Assembly (NCBI GenBank): GCA_963693365.1
Contig: CAVNZM010000008.1
Coordinates: 1-64,000 of the forward strand
Length of the DNA stretch: 64,000 nucleotides
Source: Amoebidium appalachense
Lineage: Eukaryota; Protista; Ichthyosporea
Reading direction: 5' to 3'
This document shows, in pieces, positions 1 through 44,300 of this stretch. A program made the position numbers and the translations under genes. The stretch's first letter is position 1, and every line of letters begins with the position of its first letter. Below the pieces are notes generated by a model. That model worked only from the letters and a program-made list of their open reading frames with translations. It was not told the origin of the DNA and searched no databases.

Positions 1-340
1 TGGACATTTGCATACATACCACTTTTCTCCCCTTCCCTGTACCCCCCCCCCCCCCCCCCTCCCCCCCTCCCCCCTCTTCTCTTTTTCTCTTCCCCCCCCT
101 CCTCCCCCTCTCCATTCCCCCCTCCAGTTCGATCACGCCCATCCGATCGATATCCAATACTTGGTGGTTGGTAGCTGAAGATGGTTGTTAGGTATTATGC
201 ACATGGTTGTCAGGTTATGTATACATTCTGAAACTCGTGCGCATAGCATGTTGCTACAATGCTTTTTTCTTAATGCAAACACGAGAATTACTGATCACAA
301 CGTTGTTCTCACACTGTAACACACATCGCGATTACCGCAG

Positions 341-31716
<31,376 letters not shown>

Positions 31717-32386
31717 TGCTAAATTGCTAAATATAGCATCATGATTATTAAAGCAGCCTCTCCATGAGCTGCTAGTGCTAAATTGCTAAATATAGCATCA
31801 TGATTATTAAAGCAAATTCTTCTTCACGTTGAGATAACTGTATTTATATTGTGCTACGGCAATTATATTCTTTTTTCATGTCGAGATATTTTTTTTTCAC
31901 GTCGAGATAACTGGATTTAAATATATTGTGCTACGGCCTGTTACTATGTTGAGGTAGCTGTTTTTCTTTTTTACATGTCGAGATCATTGTTGATGTTGCT
32001 TTAAGAGTGCTGCAGTGCTTTTATAAATGCCGACAGTGTCCTTGAATGTTTGTCTATTGTTTTGATAATCTTGTTACTAGTTGAGTAAACAAGTATGTTA
32101 TAAAGTTCCACAACAGACAGGGAGGAACCATGATCACACACACGTTGAGACCCACGGTGCTGGGCACTGGTATGCCGTTGTGTGCTGTTGTTTCCACCAA
32201 CATGATATATAATATAATAGAAAGGATATAATGTAGTATTTTAGTTTTATAGAATAATGTAATAAAAAGGATGATGTAGAGAATGTGTAGCCTGAAACGA
32301 GTACGAGATCCCTCCCTCTTTCCCCTCGGCCCCGTCCCCTTCCCCCCTCTTTTACTCACACACACTCTCTCAATCGCTCTCTCTCC

Positions 32387-32434
<48 letters not shown>

Positions 32435-32443
32435 CTCTATCCC

Positions 32444-32518
<75 letters not shown>

Positions 32519-33689
32519 AAGAGGCCGTCCGCGAAGAAAACGCTATAGCTTGAAGTCATAGCTATCGCCCGCGGAGAAAACGCTATTGCTGGAAGCCTTA
32601 GCTATAAGGGAGGGGAGGAGGGGATGGGGGGGTGATCACAAGGGTCAAAATTGAAAGAAATGTGGCGATTCAGCAGATAGAAGCTCATAGGAGGTTCACT
32701 TCAGGAGAGAAGGTGAAGGGCTAAATATGGGTCATGTCCACTGTGCATAGACAAAGAACCAAAGTACTAGTGGTAAGCCCGCTTTTGTGCAGAAAGGTGC
32801 AGCTACAAATGAGACGTGTGTGTGTGTGTTTGGGGGGGGGGGGGGGGGGGGGGGGGGGGTATACACGGTGTGGTTGTGTGTGTGTACACACTGTGTGTGT
32901 GTGTTGGGGGGGGGGGGGGGGGGGGGGGGGGGGAGGTATACACGGTGTGGTTGTGTGTGTGTACATGTACATGTGTGTGTGGGCGGGCGGGGCGGGGGGG
33001 GGGGGGGGAGGGGGGGGAGGGGGGGGAGGGGGGGGGGAGGGGGGGGGGGGGGGGGGGGGGGGCTTTCCACAGTGCTTGTACATGTTCGTGCATATTATTA
33101 TTGCTTTTTCCCAGTGCATGTGTACGTGTACATTATCATGCCCCACAAGTTTCAGAATCCATATTTAAAAGGGGAAAAAAAAAAAAAGAAAAAAAAAAAA
33201 AAAACAGAAAACAGTCAGAATTACTGGAAAGAAAGAAAAACACGAGTGGTTAACGCTGGCTACGGCTTTTGATTAGGGGGCAGTTGTAGGGTACGGGTAC
33301 CAGTAGCAAATGCAGACGTTTACGTGCCAGTGCATGCGCACGTGTTCAACTTGTGGCTAATAAACAACACTCTGTTGATTGGAAATGGGTCCCCCAGGCC
33401 CCGTAAGGACTTGCAATTGGCGAACTAAGTCCTTTAAGTCCGCCTCATAACTGCTATATATGATAACTGTTTGTTATCCGCTGGTAACTGTATACTACAT
33501 ATAGTTTGCCAGAGTGAAGACACGTGTGTTGTATCATCACTATGTGCTGCGCATGTATTTGATAATGATGAAGGGGGGTTGATGGACGGCTTCACGCTAG
33601 CCCCAACCCCCACACTACTGAGCTCTAGTGTGTCTACTTACATCGGCAGTGATGCCAGCTAAGTGTTTTTGTTGATGGCACAAGAGCCC

Positions 33690-34858
33690 CCCTACTTTAA
33701 ATACCCTGGCTGCTACCCACTACGTTGACAAATTTGTCTTGGCTAACACCGTACATCTACCCATTTTGTCTATTAATTCCTGGATGTTGGGCATCGGCCA
33801 CTGTTTCTTTACGGTCACCTGATTTTATTTTCGTAGGTCTGATATAAATTGCCAATCACCATTGGATATCTTTATCTGAAAAATTGGGTGACACCATGCT
33901 GACAGTGTTGGTTCTATTTGTCCTTTCCTGACCATTTCTCTGCGATTTTCTTTGCCGCCTCCTCTTTGATTTGTTCTAAACGCCATTGTTTTATTTACAC
34001 CGGTGGACTGTCTCCAGTGTCGATTTCTCGCTCAAAGCCTTTTATCTGACTAAACTCATCTGGGTCACCTGGAACGAAGCAGGTAGCATGTTTCTCAAGT
34101 AATTCTTCTACCTTAACGTGCATTCTAGGGGGAACCAATGATCAATCGAAACTTGCCGGAATCGAAGCGCTGGGGGTTGGTGTCTGCTTTGGTCAGTATC
34201 ACCTAAACCCGTTGGAATTTCATGCTGATCGCCAATGCTCTCCCCCGAGCTACGTACAACATGGACTCCTTCACCACCACTGAGACACGACAGATTCAGT
34301 GGTACTTGTCTTAACATTCTGGTAAGTGCGCTCCCACACACCTTGAATGCAAGAGTGAGATTGGCGAGTTCTCTCTCTCTTGCACCCCTGTATGTGTTCC
34401 TAAAAATGCCTTAGCACGTGCTATCCTATCAGGATTTTCAGTGGTCAGCGCGTTTGCTTCATCTATCTTCTGTTTGCTTAATTTGTCTAAGCGATCTTTA
34501 TCGACCTCGACAGAATAAATAGTTCCGTATTTAGATGTTATAGGCTGGAACCATCCGATCACACGAGGAAAAGTGGCAACCACATCATGGTGGTTATTAA
34601 CAATAATCTGCATGGCGTTATTCTTTTCGATCTCACAAACAAGAGGCATCAATACAGAAGAAAAATGTATGGTAGGGGACTTATCTGGATTCTCCGCTGG
34701 CCAGAAGTAATCGATAGTGCCGGGCGCTGGAGGATTTTGGATATACGCCCATTGTCTCCGACCAGAATGCGCAGGAATCACCTTTTGCTCTGCTGACACC
34801 GTCACAGCGTGACACAATGAATAAGGAGAAGGACCCATCTGTGCTGGAATATCCTCTC
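33690..34858 (-). pseudogene. Degenerate Ty3/Gypsy pol fragment (pre-RT and RT N-terminus)
   Basis: Minus strand reads ...KGFEREIDTGDSPPV* and WPMPNIQELIDKMGRCTVL, with stops and frameshifts. Confidence 0.7.
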
Positions 34859-35236
34859 TGTTGGAGTGCAGACTTACGCTCACTCCACAATATGTGTATG
34901 TTAGCTTTACAATTGGTTCCGTGTACACAGACACACGCTGACACTCAATCACCACATGCACATCTGCATAGTTGAGGAATGTTGCCAATTGTGTTTTGAC
35001 TGCAAACGATTGGTTCACTGGTCCCAGAGATCTCTAAATGAAAGTAACCAATCCGATTAGCGCCTGGCATCCGGATTACATTCCAGACTGCTGCCCCACG
35101 GGTATATAAGCCACGTCTCTGCCAGGTGCAGACATGGAGTTCAGTCATGGAGTTAACACACTGAAAGCAGTAAAAAACGGGTCAGCGCCCAAGCGCGCCA
35201 CGACGACCCTAGTCACAGCGGACTCTACTTCCAACA
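34859..35236 (+). mobile_element. Solo LTR of the TRIM family
   Basis: Reverse complement of the 25096 LTR; TG...CA ends; TSD CTCTC at 34854-34858 and 35237-35241. Confidence 0.9.
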
Positions 35237-38200
35237 CTCTCCCCCAACGTGGTTAGTGAGTGTTTTTGATGGTTAGTGGTTTTTATCTACTGTTTTGCAA
35301 AGTCTTTTTCCAAGTATTGCATCGTGCCGAACACTTTCTAATACTAAAAATGACTGAGTAATACAATGTATTTCCAAGGAACAAAGGGATAACACGCTTG
35401 CCAAGCACATGCAGTGAATCATTTTGTTTAACAGAGCCCACACGTGTGTTTGTTTGTCTTAGTGTTAACACATTTTTGTGCTATAGGCTATATACTGCTG
35501 CGCTTATTAACAATGAGAAGCACCACTATCACATAGTGTTTTGTAATGTGTGCCATCAATGTGAACATCAACATACATGTGTGGGTCGGGTTCATGCGAT
35601 ACAATGGGGGAAACTGTCATCTTCCCATGATTAACGGCAAGACTTAGAAGTTGAGTTTTATATATGTTTATTAGTTTGTTGTAGGTTGTTTCCTTTTCCC
35701 TTTCCTTTCTTCCTTTCTTACTTTCCTTTCTGTTTCCGTGTGCACCGATATCTTAGATCTGTGTACACATCGACATATTTAGCCCGCGCACACGTATTGT
35801 TATTTGTGTCAATGTCTAATTATGTCATCCAATCAGATCTTGTTATATTTTCCCAAATATAGTAATCTACATTCCTCATTAATTCTATTCGATTCCTTTC
35901 CCATTCCATTCCTTTCTATCCTCATTCCTTTTCCTTCCTTTCCCACGACGTAGCATTGTTCTATGTTCCCCAACTATTAGGAATACTTATACTTAAACAT
36001 GTTATGTTAAGAACATGTATAAATATATGATGTGTACTAATAGATACATAAGTGGTTTCATTTTGTTAAATGTTTCCGTACTTTTATTAGAAGATTACTT
36101 TCATTAGAGTATTGCGTTTTATCTTCTATGTGTCGACAGGCATTTTGATCGATTTATTTTACCCTCATAGTTTTCGTCTTTCTGATTGGAAAATAGAGTT
36201 TTCGTTTTTTTTGATTGGTTTATCGATTTCACATTCCTGAGTATAAAAGGAACTTCATCTTGAAATAAATATCAAGCAGTCGTATTCATTTCCTGTGGTT
36301 CCAGAAATCGTTCCACCTCTCCGGTTGTGTTTCTCCCATGTGTCTCTGTGTTGTGTATAACATAACACCCATCTGTGCTCTCTGCTTCTCCGTTTACCCA
36401 CACAAAACAACAGGTTTACGGCCCCTTTGCACGCTAACACAAAATCTCGTTACAACCGCGAAATTCCTCCGTCTTACTGCTTCAACCATGACTGACAAAC
36501 CGTCGTACATCAACCTTCCACAATGGAATCCGTCCGAGAAGAGAGATGAGAAACGTCTCAACTATTTCGAGTGGGAGCCACTCATACACCGGTAGTAAGA
36601 ACCACCATTGCCGAGAAATTCGTTGACGCTATGAAGAGACCACAGTGGGTTGACGGCTCTGATGCCAACCAGTGGCTAGGCTACGGCACCAAGGACTCCT
36701 ACAAGAAAGCTTCCGACGCCCTCGACCAGATCCTCAACCAGTCCGTCCATCCGACAGAGCTCTACGACTCCGGCCGGATGCAAGACGGTGTTCACGGTGG
36801 AGAAGTCTTCCACAACCTGCGTATGGCTTATGTGGCAGAGAAGGAGGCCCGAGTCACCCAGATTCAAGTCACCTACGAGGAGCTTGAACTACGAGACTAC
36901 CCCAACGTCACAGCGTACCTCACCCGCCTCCAACGTCTGGCTACGACACTTGCCTGCCTTGACGAGCCCGTCCAACACAAGGATGTCGTGCGCAAGTTCT
37001 TCCTTCACCTACGCAAGAACACCGGCCTGGTCTGCAGTGACATTGAACGTCTCTGCTCCGACTACTGGATGAAAAACAAGGCTTACCCGTCCTTCAACCA
37101 GCTCATCAGTGACATCCGTGGAGCTGAAATCCGTGCCGGCCTCATCGACGCAGGCACTGGTGCAACCGTCAACAACCGTCCTCTTCGAGCACTTCAGAGC
37201 AGAATGCTCCCCCCCGGTGACCTCCGTAACCGTATCCCTCGACGTGAGCATACACCTCACCGTTCCCCGTCCCGTTCCCGTGATCCTCGTCCGTCCTCCA
37301 AGTCACCCGGCCCCCGTTCAACTTCCCCTTACCCCCGTGGTAACAGGGACAACCGTAACCGACAGCACAACAACAAGAAAGTGGAGTGTTCCTGCTGCCA
37401 TGAACCCCACCACATGACATCATGCCCAGAGCCTGGCTGTGCTGTTGCTCGTCGTGCCAAGCAGGAGAAAGGCAACAAGAGTGTGCAAATGGCACTCATC
37501 TCCTCCACCGGCACACCACACCGTGACGACCCCGTCTGGGACAGTGCTTGTAATGCACACATCTGCCCCATCAAGGAGTATTTCTCCACCCTTACCCCGT
37601 GTACCCCCATCCCCATTCAAGGCCTGGGCACCGTCAATGCCACACACCGTGGCATCATCAACATGACACTGCACCACAACGGCAACTCAACCCCGTGCAG
37701 CATCAACGCCCTCTACGTACCCGAGTCACCGTCCTTCCTCGTGTCTGCCTCCATGGCCTCAACTGCCGGCCTCCTTGGACATTGTGACGATGCAGACACC
37801 CATCCGTCGTTCCTCTACAGCCGTAAATTAGGTGACATTATTTCCGACCTAACCCCCCTCAACGGGCTCTACTACATCACTGACTACGTGATTGACACTC
37901 TCAACATCCGTGGGTCCAAGCCTACACAGCAAGGACTCAACCGACCGACGACCTTACCCTTTGGCACAACCGTCTCGGCCACCGTTGCCCTATCCACCGT
38001 CACCAGAATGGCCAAGGATGAGCTTGTCATCGGCATGCCCCCCTCCCTCAAGTCACCCGACCACAGTGACTGCTTCGGCTGCATGTCTGGCAAGACCACC
38101 AAGGCTCCATTTCCAGGCACCCGTTCCCGTTTCACCATCCCCGGTGCTAAGTGGCACTCGAAGCTCCCTGTGCTTCCTACGGAGGCTACAAGGTTGCTCT

Positions 38201-38335
38201 TGTGTGTTTGTGATGCCACCGGTTACACCACCGTGTTCCCCCTCTACAACCGTGCTGAAACCCTCAGCTACATCCAGTCTCTTGTTGAAACCGTCGAACG
38301 TCAGACACCTGAGATCGTCACCCATCTTCGGTTTG

Positions 38336-41300
38336 TGTTTAATTGTATTAGTAGTTGGGATGAAAGCAGAGACACAGTGGTGCAGTGTGAAAACACCACA
38401 GACACACACAACAACAAAACACGGAACGATCGGAGCAGTGTACACAACAGACATCAATGTTTAGACACGACTGAACTGAATTTATTCTGATCTTCGAATA
38501 AATACCTGAAATTCCTCTAAGTCCAATCCATACATGATTTCCGACCAGTCGGAAATCAGATCTATCTCTAATAGAAACCAATCACTAAGGACCAATTGCT
38601 TTCAGAGAGATCCGGTACGCGGAGACGCACACGATAGGACACAGACACTAGTTAAGGTCAACTTGTGTCATCATCAAGGAAGTTCTAACCTATGACATAC
38701 TGCAGAGACTCAGACATATCACACTTAACCTTGATGATTGGTTAAAGCCCGGCAACACATGAAAACTAAAGTAAATTAATGAAGTCTAAACACACATGCT
38801 ATTCTAAGTGTAGCCTAAGTGTGTTACCGTCCAATGAACACGTATTAAGTAACACAAATCTACCTAACATATATTAGTAGAAAAGAAATACGATTATACA
38901 CATGAAGACAAAGAGAGAAAGAAAAGAAAATAAGGAAGGAGAAAGAGGAAGGAAAAGAGAGCACAGATCAACAAACAAGATAGCAATAGCATAACTATAA
39001 CCAGAGATATTTATGTACACACGAACATGTACACGTCTCTCCCTGAGTGGGTGGATCCGTGTACACACATATAAATATTCTAATCGATATTACAATACAC
39101 GATTAGAGCCGATACAACACGATTACAAGTATACAAGCATATCGGAGATCGATGCTTCATTTTACATAATAGGAGTGTGGCATATACACTAAGCATATGA
39201 ACTGAAACATAACACAAACTGAGAAGATCTTACCATATGTAGATACTACGTATTACAACATCCCCACTTAAGACTTTGAAGTTTGTGTTATCATATCCCC
39301 ACTGAACTAGTGAAATCTCCCCACTTGAGAACAGAAACGGAAAAAAAAAAATTAAAGTGTGTACTTTTCCGGGGGGGGGGGGGGGGGGGGGGAGAAGGGG
39401 GGGGGAGGGGGGGGAAAAGGGGGGGGGGAAGGGGGGGGGGAGGGGGGGAAGGGGGGGGGGAAGGGACCGGGGCAAAAACAACGAATATGTATAACGTGTA
39501 TAGTCGGGGTTTGATTAACTGGGTTTTAAACCAGTGAAAGATAGAGTAGAGCCATGGTACAGGTCAAACCTTATATATAAACCCTAAGTGGGCATACCCA
39601 CAAAGGCAATACATATGAAATAATGATTATGATAAAGTAAGTAGTAAACATTAGAAAATCACTCTTGAAGTAGGTCGGGTCAATCCACAATATCCGGTAA
39701 ACAAAGTCGAGCACGATGGTGGACATGACTCGGGCCGGGGAGGGGTTTGGTGAGGATGTCAGCTAAGTTGTGGGCTGACTCAACGTAGTGGACAACCACG
39801 TCCCCACTTGCAATGTAGTCCTTGGTGTTGTGATACCGGACGGCAATGTGTTTGGTACGGTGCTTGATGCCGGTGGAGTTGACGATGGCAATGGTCGACT
39901 GGTTGTCACAGTACACCGGAGTCGGAGCAAGCATGGGACAGCCGAGTTCCTTGAAGAGGTCACGGACCCAAGCAACTTCTTGGGTGCCAGCATTGAGAGC
40001 AATCAGCTCAGCTTCAGTGGTGCTGGTGGCCGTGATGGGCTGGAGCTTGGAGTACCAGATGATGGGCATACCAGCAAACTCGATAATGTAGCCGGTGGTA
40101 GACTTCTTGCTGTCGGCACAACCAGCAAAGTCAGCATCCGTGTAGCATTCGAGTATGGGGGACTGGGTGGCCGAGTACTTGTAGTCAATGCCAAGGTCAA
40201 TGGTGCCGAGCAGGTACCGGGCCACACGACGGAGAAGGTCCCAGTGAGTCTTGCCGGGGTTGGTGCTGAACCGACCAAGGAAGCCGATGGCATAGGCAAT
40301 GTCGGGACGTGTGCACCGTGCCACCCAGAGGAGACGGCCGAGTAACTCACGGTAGGGCACGGTGAACGGTTGGGGAGGGCAGTCAGCCAGGGAGACGGTG
40401 GTGCCTGCAGGGATGGGGGTAGACTTGGACTTGGCATCGGTGAGGTTGAAGTCGTGGATGATATCCATGATGTAAGACCTCTGGTGCATGTGGAGGTGAT
40501 GGGGATCAGAGTGATTAAAATCAACACCGAGCATACGGTCAAATGGACTCATACGACAGCTGGCCATCTTGCTGATGTGGGCAGCCAGGTCACTGGCAGC
40601 AGTAGAACCCCGGGTGTTGGTGATGGTGGAGTCGTCGACGTAGTTACCAGCCCGAACCACATCGTTGTTGGGGAAGAACCGGAGGTAGATGCACGGGTCG
40701 GTCTTAGTACGGGTCAGGCCATGGGCAAGAAGAATGCCGTCGAGGAAGTCGTACCAAGCCTTGGAGGCTTGCTTGAGGCCGTACAGGGCTTTCTTGAGTC
40801 TCCAGACCTTGCCAAGTGTGGCCATGGTGATGAATCCCGGGGGTTGTTTCATGTAGATGGTCTCGGTGAGTGGGCTGTTGAGAAAGGCCGTAGACACGTC
40901 GAGTTGATGGATGTCATGACCTTCAACAACGGCCAGAGCTAGGATGGCACGGAGAGCAGCCGGACGGATGACAGGGCTCTCAATCAACTCATAGTCAACA
41001 CCGTATTGCTGACTGAAGCCTTGAGCAACACCACGTGCCTTGATCTTGGTGTCACCAGCCTGAGCCGAGTTGAGAGTTTTCTCGGAGACAATCCACTTGA
41101 AGCCGACGATGTTAGCACCAGGGGGAGGGTCAACAAGTTCAAAGATGTCTTTGTCGACGAAGGCTTGATACTCAGCAGTCAGGGCTGACTTGACCTGGTC
41201 ACCATTGGGTCCGGAACACAGTTGACGGACAAGTTTGGGTAGTTGGTCGATGTTGATGGGGGGACCGGGGGGGACTGGGAGGGTGGTGGTGGCTTGAAGT

Positions 41301-44300
41301 CCAACCTTGCCCTGTAGACGGGCAGAACGACGGGGTGCAGGAACCGGGGGAGGTGGAGACGGTGGGGGGGGAACTTGGAAGTTCGGAAGTGCAGGGGGGG
41401 CAACCTCCGGGCTGGACGGGGCCGAGTGGAAGTGGTCGGGGGAGCCGGGTCGGATGGGTGTGACGTTGCCAGGGGCAGGATGAGGGTCGGCAGGCTGGAC
41501 GGGCACGGGGGCAGGGGGGCCGGTGGGGGGGGGTGTCGGGGGAACGACGATGGCAGGAGGGGGGCCAGAGTACACCAGACAAACATCATCTTCAGTGTCA
41601 ACTGTGGGGGGTGGGGTGGTCGAGGTAGCAGTGGTGTCGGGGGTCGGAAGTGTTGATGGAATGTCGGACGGGAGATAAGCTGATTCGTCGAAAATCACAT
41701 CACGGAAGAGGCCGACACGATGGGTGGTGGGATTGAAGATCCGGTGGCAGTGTGATTGAAGATCATAGCCGATATACATGCCGAGTTTGACGGTGGGGGC
41801 CAGCTTGTTCCGTTTAGAGGCTGGCACGTGAGTGTAGGCAGGGCAACCGAACACTTTGAGCTCGGAGATGTCGGGCTTGACACCGTAGAAAACCTCGAAT
41901 GGTGTACGACCATTGGCAGTCGTGGACGGGGTGACGTTGATGATGTAGGCGGCATGTTGGAGGGCCTCAGCCCACAGTTTGGGGGACAGAGACTGATCTT
42001 GGACTTGATGGAGGAGGCAACGGACAATCTCTTGGAGGAACCGCATACGACGTTCAACATAGCCGTTCAGTTGAGGGCAGTCCACCGGAGCATAGCTGGC
42101 CTTGATGCCCTGGGAGAGGCAAAAAGCACGGGTAGCCTTGGAGGTGAACTCAGAGCCGGAGTCGAAGTGGTAGACACCAACTTTGGAGGGGGCATGGGTG
42201 GCAACGAGGTTGGTGTGAGCTGTGAGAATGTCCAGGGTGGTGGTACGGTCGGCCATCGGGTAGATCTTGACGAGTCCAGAGGCACGGCAGACAGTGACGA
42301 GAGCAACCTTGGAACCTCCGTACGATGTTGTGGTAGGCTCAAAAAAATCCCAATGCCATTCATGACCGGGGATGTTGGAGTGAGGACGGTCACCCTTGAA
42401 CGGAGCCTTGGTGGTTTTACCCATAATGCAGCCATGACAATCAGGAACATCACAGTCGAGGACAGAGGAGGGGAGACCAATAACAAGGTCGTGTTTCACC
42501 ATGTCCTTGATGCTGGTCATAGCACGGTGCCCCAGACGATGGTGCCAGATGGATGGGTTAACACTGGTAGTGGCAGCCAGAGCCACAGGACGAGTGGGTG
42601 GTTGAATGGTGTAGTCCTTGAAGTAATACAGACCGTTGTGTAGACGGAGGTTGACGAGATGACGGCCGGTGAGTCGGTCGAAGAGGAATGACGGAGTGGA
42701 GGCATCGTTCAAATCACCCTTGATGTATTCGGCAGCAGCTTGGGATGTTGAAATGAGGAAGGCTTGGCCAGACGGGGTGTAGTAGGCTTCAATGGTAAGG
42801 GTGGCAGTGCCATGGTCGGTGGTGGTGTTGATGACGATATGGCCGGTGTGAGTGGCCAAGACGGGGGTGCCATTGAAGGCAGCAACGGGAGTCGGTGTCG
42901 GAAGGGGAGTGAGGTCATGGAAGAACTCACGGGTGGGGCAGACAGTCATGTTGCACCCGGAATCCCAGGCAGGGTCGGAGGACACGGGGACGGAGCTAGC
43001 ATTGTATGCCGAGAAAGCAAAGGAGACAGATTTCTCACTGCCTTGACGGGAACGGTTGTGTCTGGACATACGGCATTTCGGCTCAGGGCAATCGATGATC
43101 GTGTGATCAGGCTCGTGGCAGTAGGAGCATTCTTTCACGGACGGGGTGTTAGAACGAGCCGGGGAATCAGAACGACGGGAACCCGAGAAACGGGAACGAC
43201 TGGGGGAACGAGACGTGGACCGGAAGGCAGGCCGGTGGGGGGAACGGGATCGGGTGTGCTGACGGGAGAGACGAGTTCGGAGGTCCGTACCAGGGGTACG
43301 GTCAAGTCGGTTGCGTAAGTCACGGCGAGGAAGATCACGGGGGGGAGCACTGGCATTTAATGCCATGCTGGACTTGGAGGCACGGTGGGCACGGTTGCTC
43401 CGGAGTTGCATCTTGAGGTCTTGACGTAACTCGATGCCCTTGACGTGGTTGTGGAGGGACTCGAAGTCGGGGAATAGCTTATCACCGAAGTGATAGTCTT
43501 CGATAAGACGGTTGAACTCAGGGGTGAGGTCGTCTCTGGTGGTGAGTTCATTGAAGAACTTCTCAGCTAGACGAGTGAAGTGAATGGACTCATCTTGGAG
43601 AGACTGGAGCTGGTTCACGATGGTCTGCAGACGGCTCAGGTAGGTGGTGAATGATTCACCGGGCTGAAGGGCACAGGCATCCCACTGACGGTGAAGGATG
43701 CGGATCTGATCGGGTTTGCCTTGGAGATAGTGTTGACGGAATTTCCACATGGCCCGTTCAGGGTCCATGCCAATACGGTACTGGGCAACGGTGGTGAGGA
43801 CGGAAGGGTCGATGTTCTGTATCATATGGAGCAGGAGGCAATTGCGGGCCTCCTTGAGTTCCGCGGTAGTGCCGTAGCCATAGAAGGGGGGTTCACCGTC
43901 AACCGCGACGGTGGTAGGGGGGACGTAGTTGTCAGCAAGTACAACATCCACGAGTCGGACACCTTTAGTGCCGGTCATCATGCCGAGAAAAATGATTTCC
44001 CATTGAAAATAGGTGGTTTTGCTATCGGGACCAGTCTTCCCTTCACCTTTCCACATGGTGATTTTGTTTACGCCAGTTTTGTTTGGATCCATGATTGAAA
44101 AACGAGCGCTAGTTCTAGATGTGTGTAGGGAGCGTGCAAAAGGGCTGCATAACCTGTTTAATTGTATTAGTATTTGGGATGAAAGCAGAGACACAGTGGT
44201 GCAGTGTGAAAACACCACAGACACACACAACAACAAAACACGGAACGATCGGAGCAGTGTACACAACAGACATCAATGTTTAGACACGACTGAACTGAAT

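Noticed and set aside
128-192. Possible additional upstream exon after ccag at 127
   Set aside because: Stops in the frames tested and no convincing in-phase donor; cannot be supported.
32516-32610. TTAA followed by two imperfect gaaaacgctat...agctat repeats, possible DNA transposon end
   Set aside because: No matching inverted terminus or transposase found in the window.
38336-38490. C-terminal extension of the 639-aa ORF and N-terminal 58 aa of the 1528-aa ORF
   Set aside because: Both are read-through into LTR sequence; the true Gag-Pol start is likely the ATG at 44092.
39788-44098. Plus-strand ORFs antisense to copia pol (up to 295 aa)
   Set aside because: Shadow ORFs expected from the codon bias of the sense ORF; no independent motifs.
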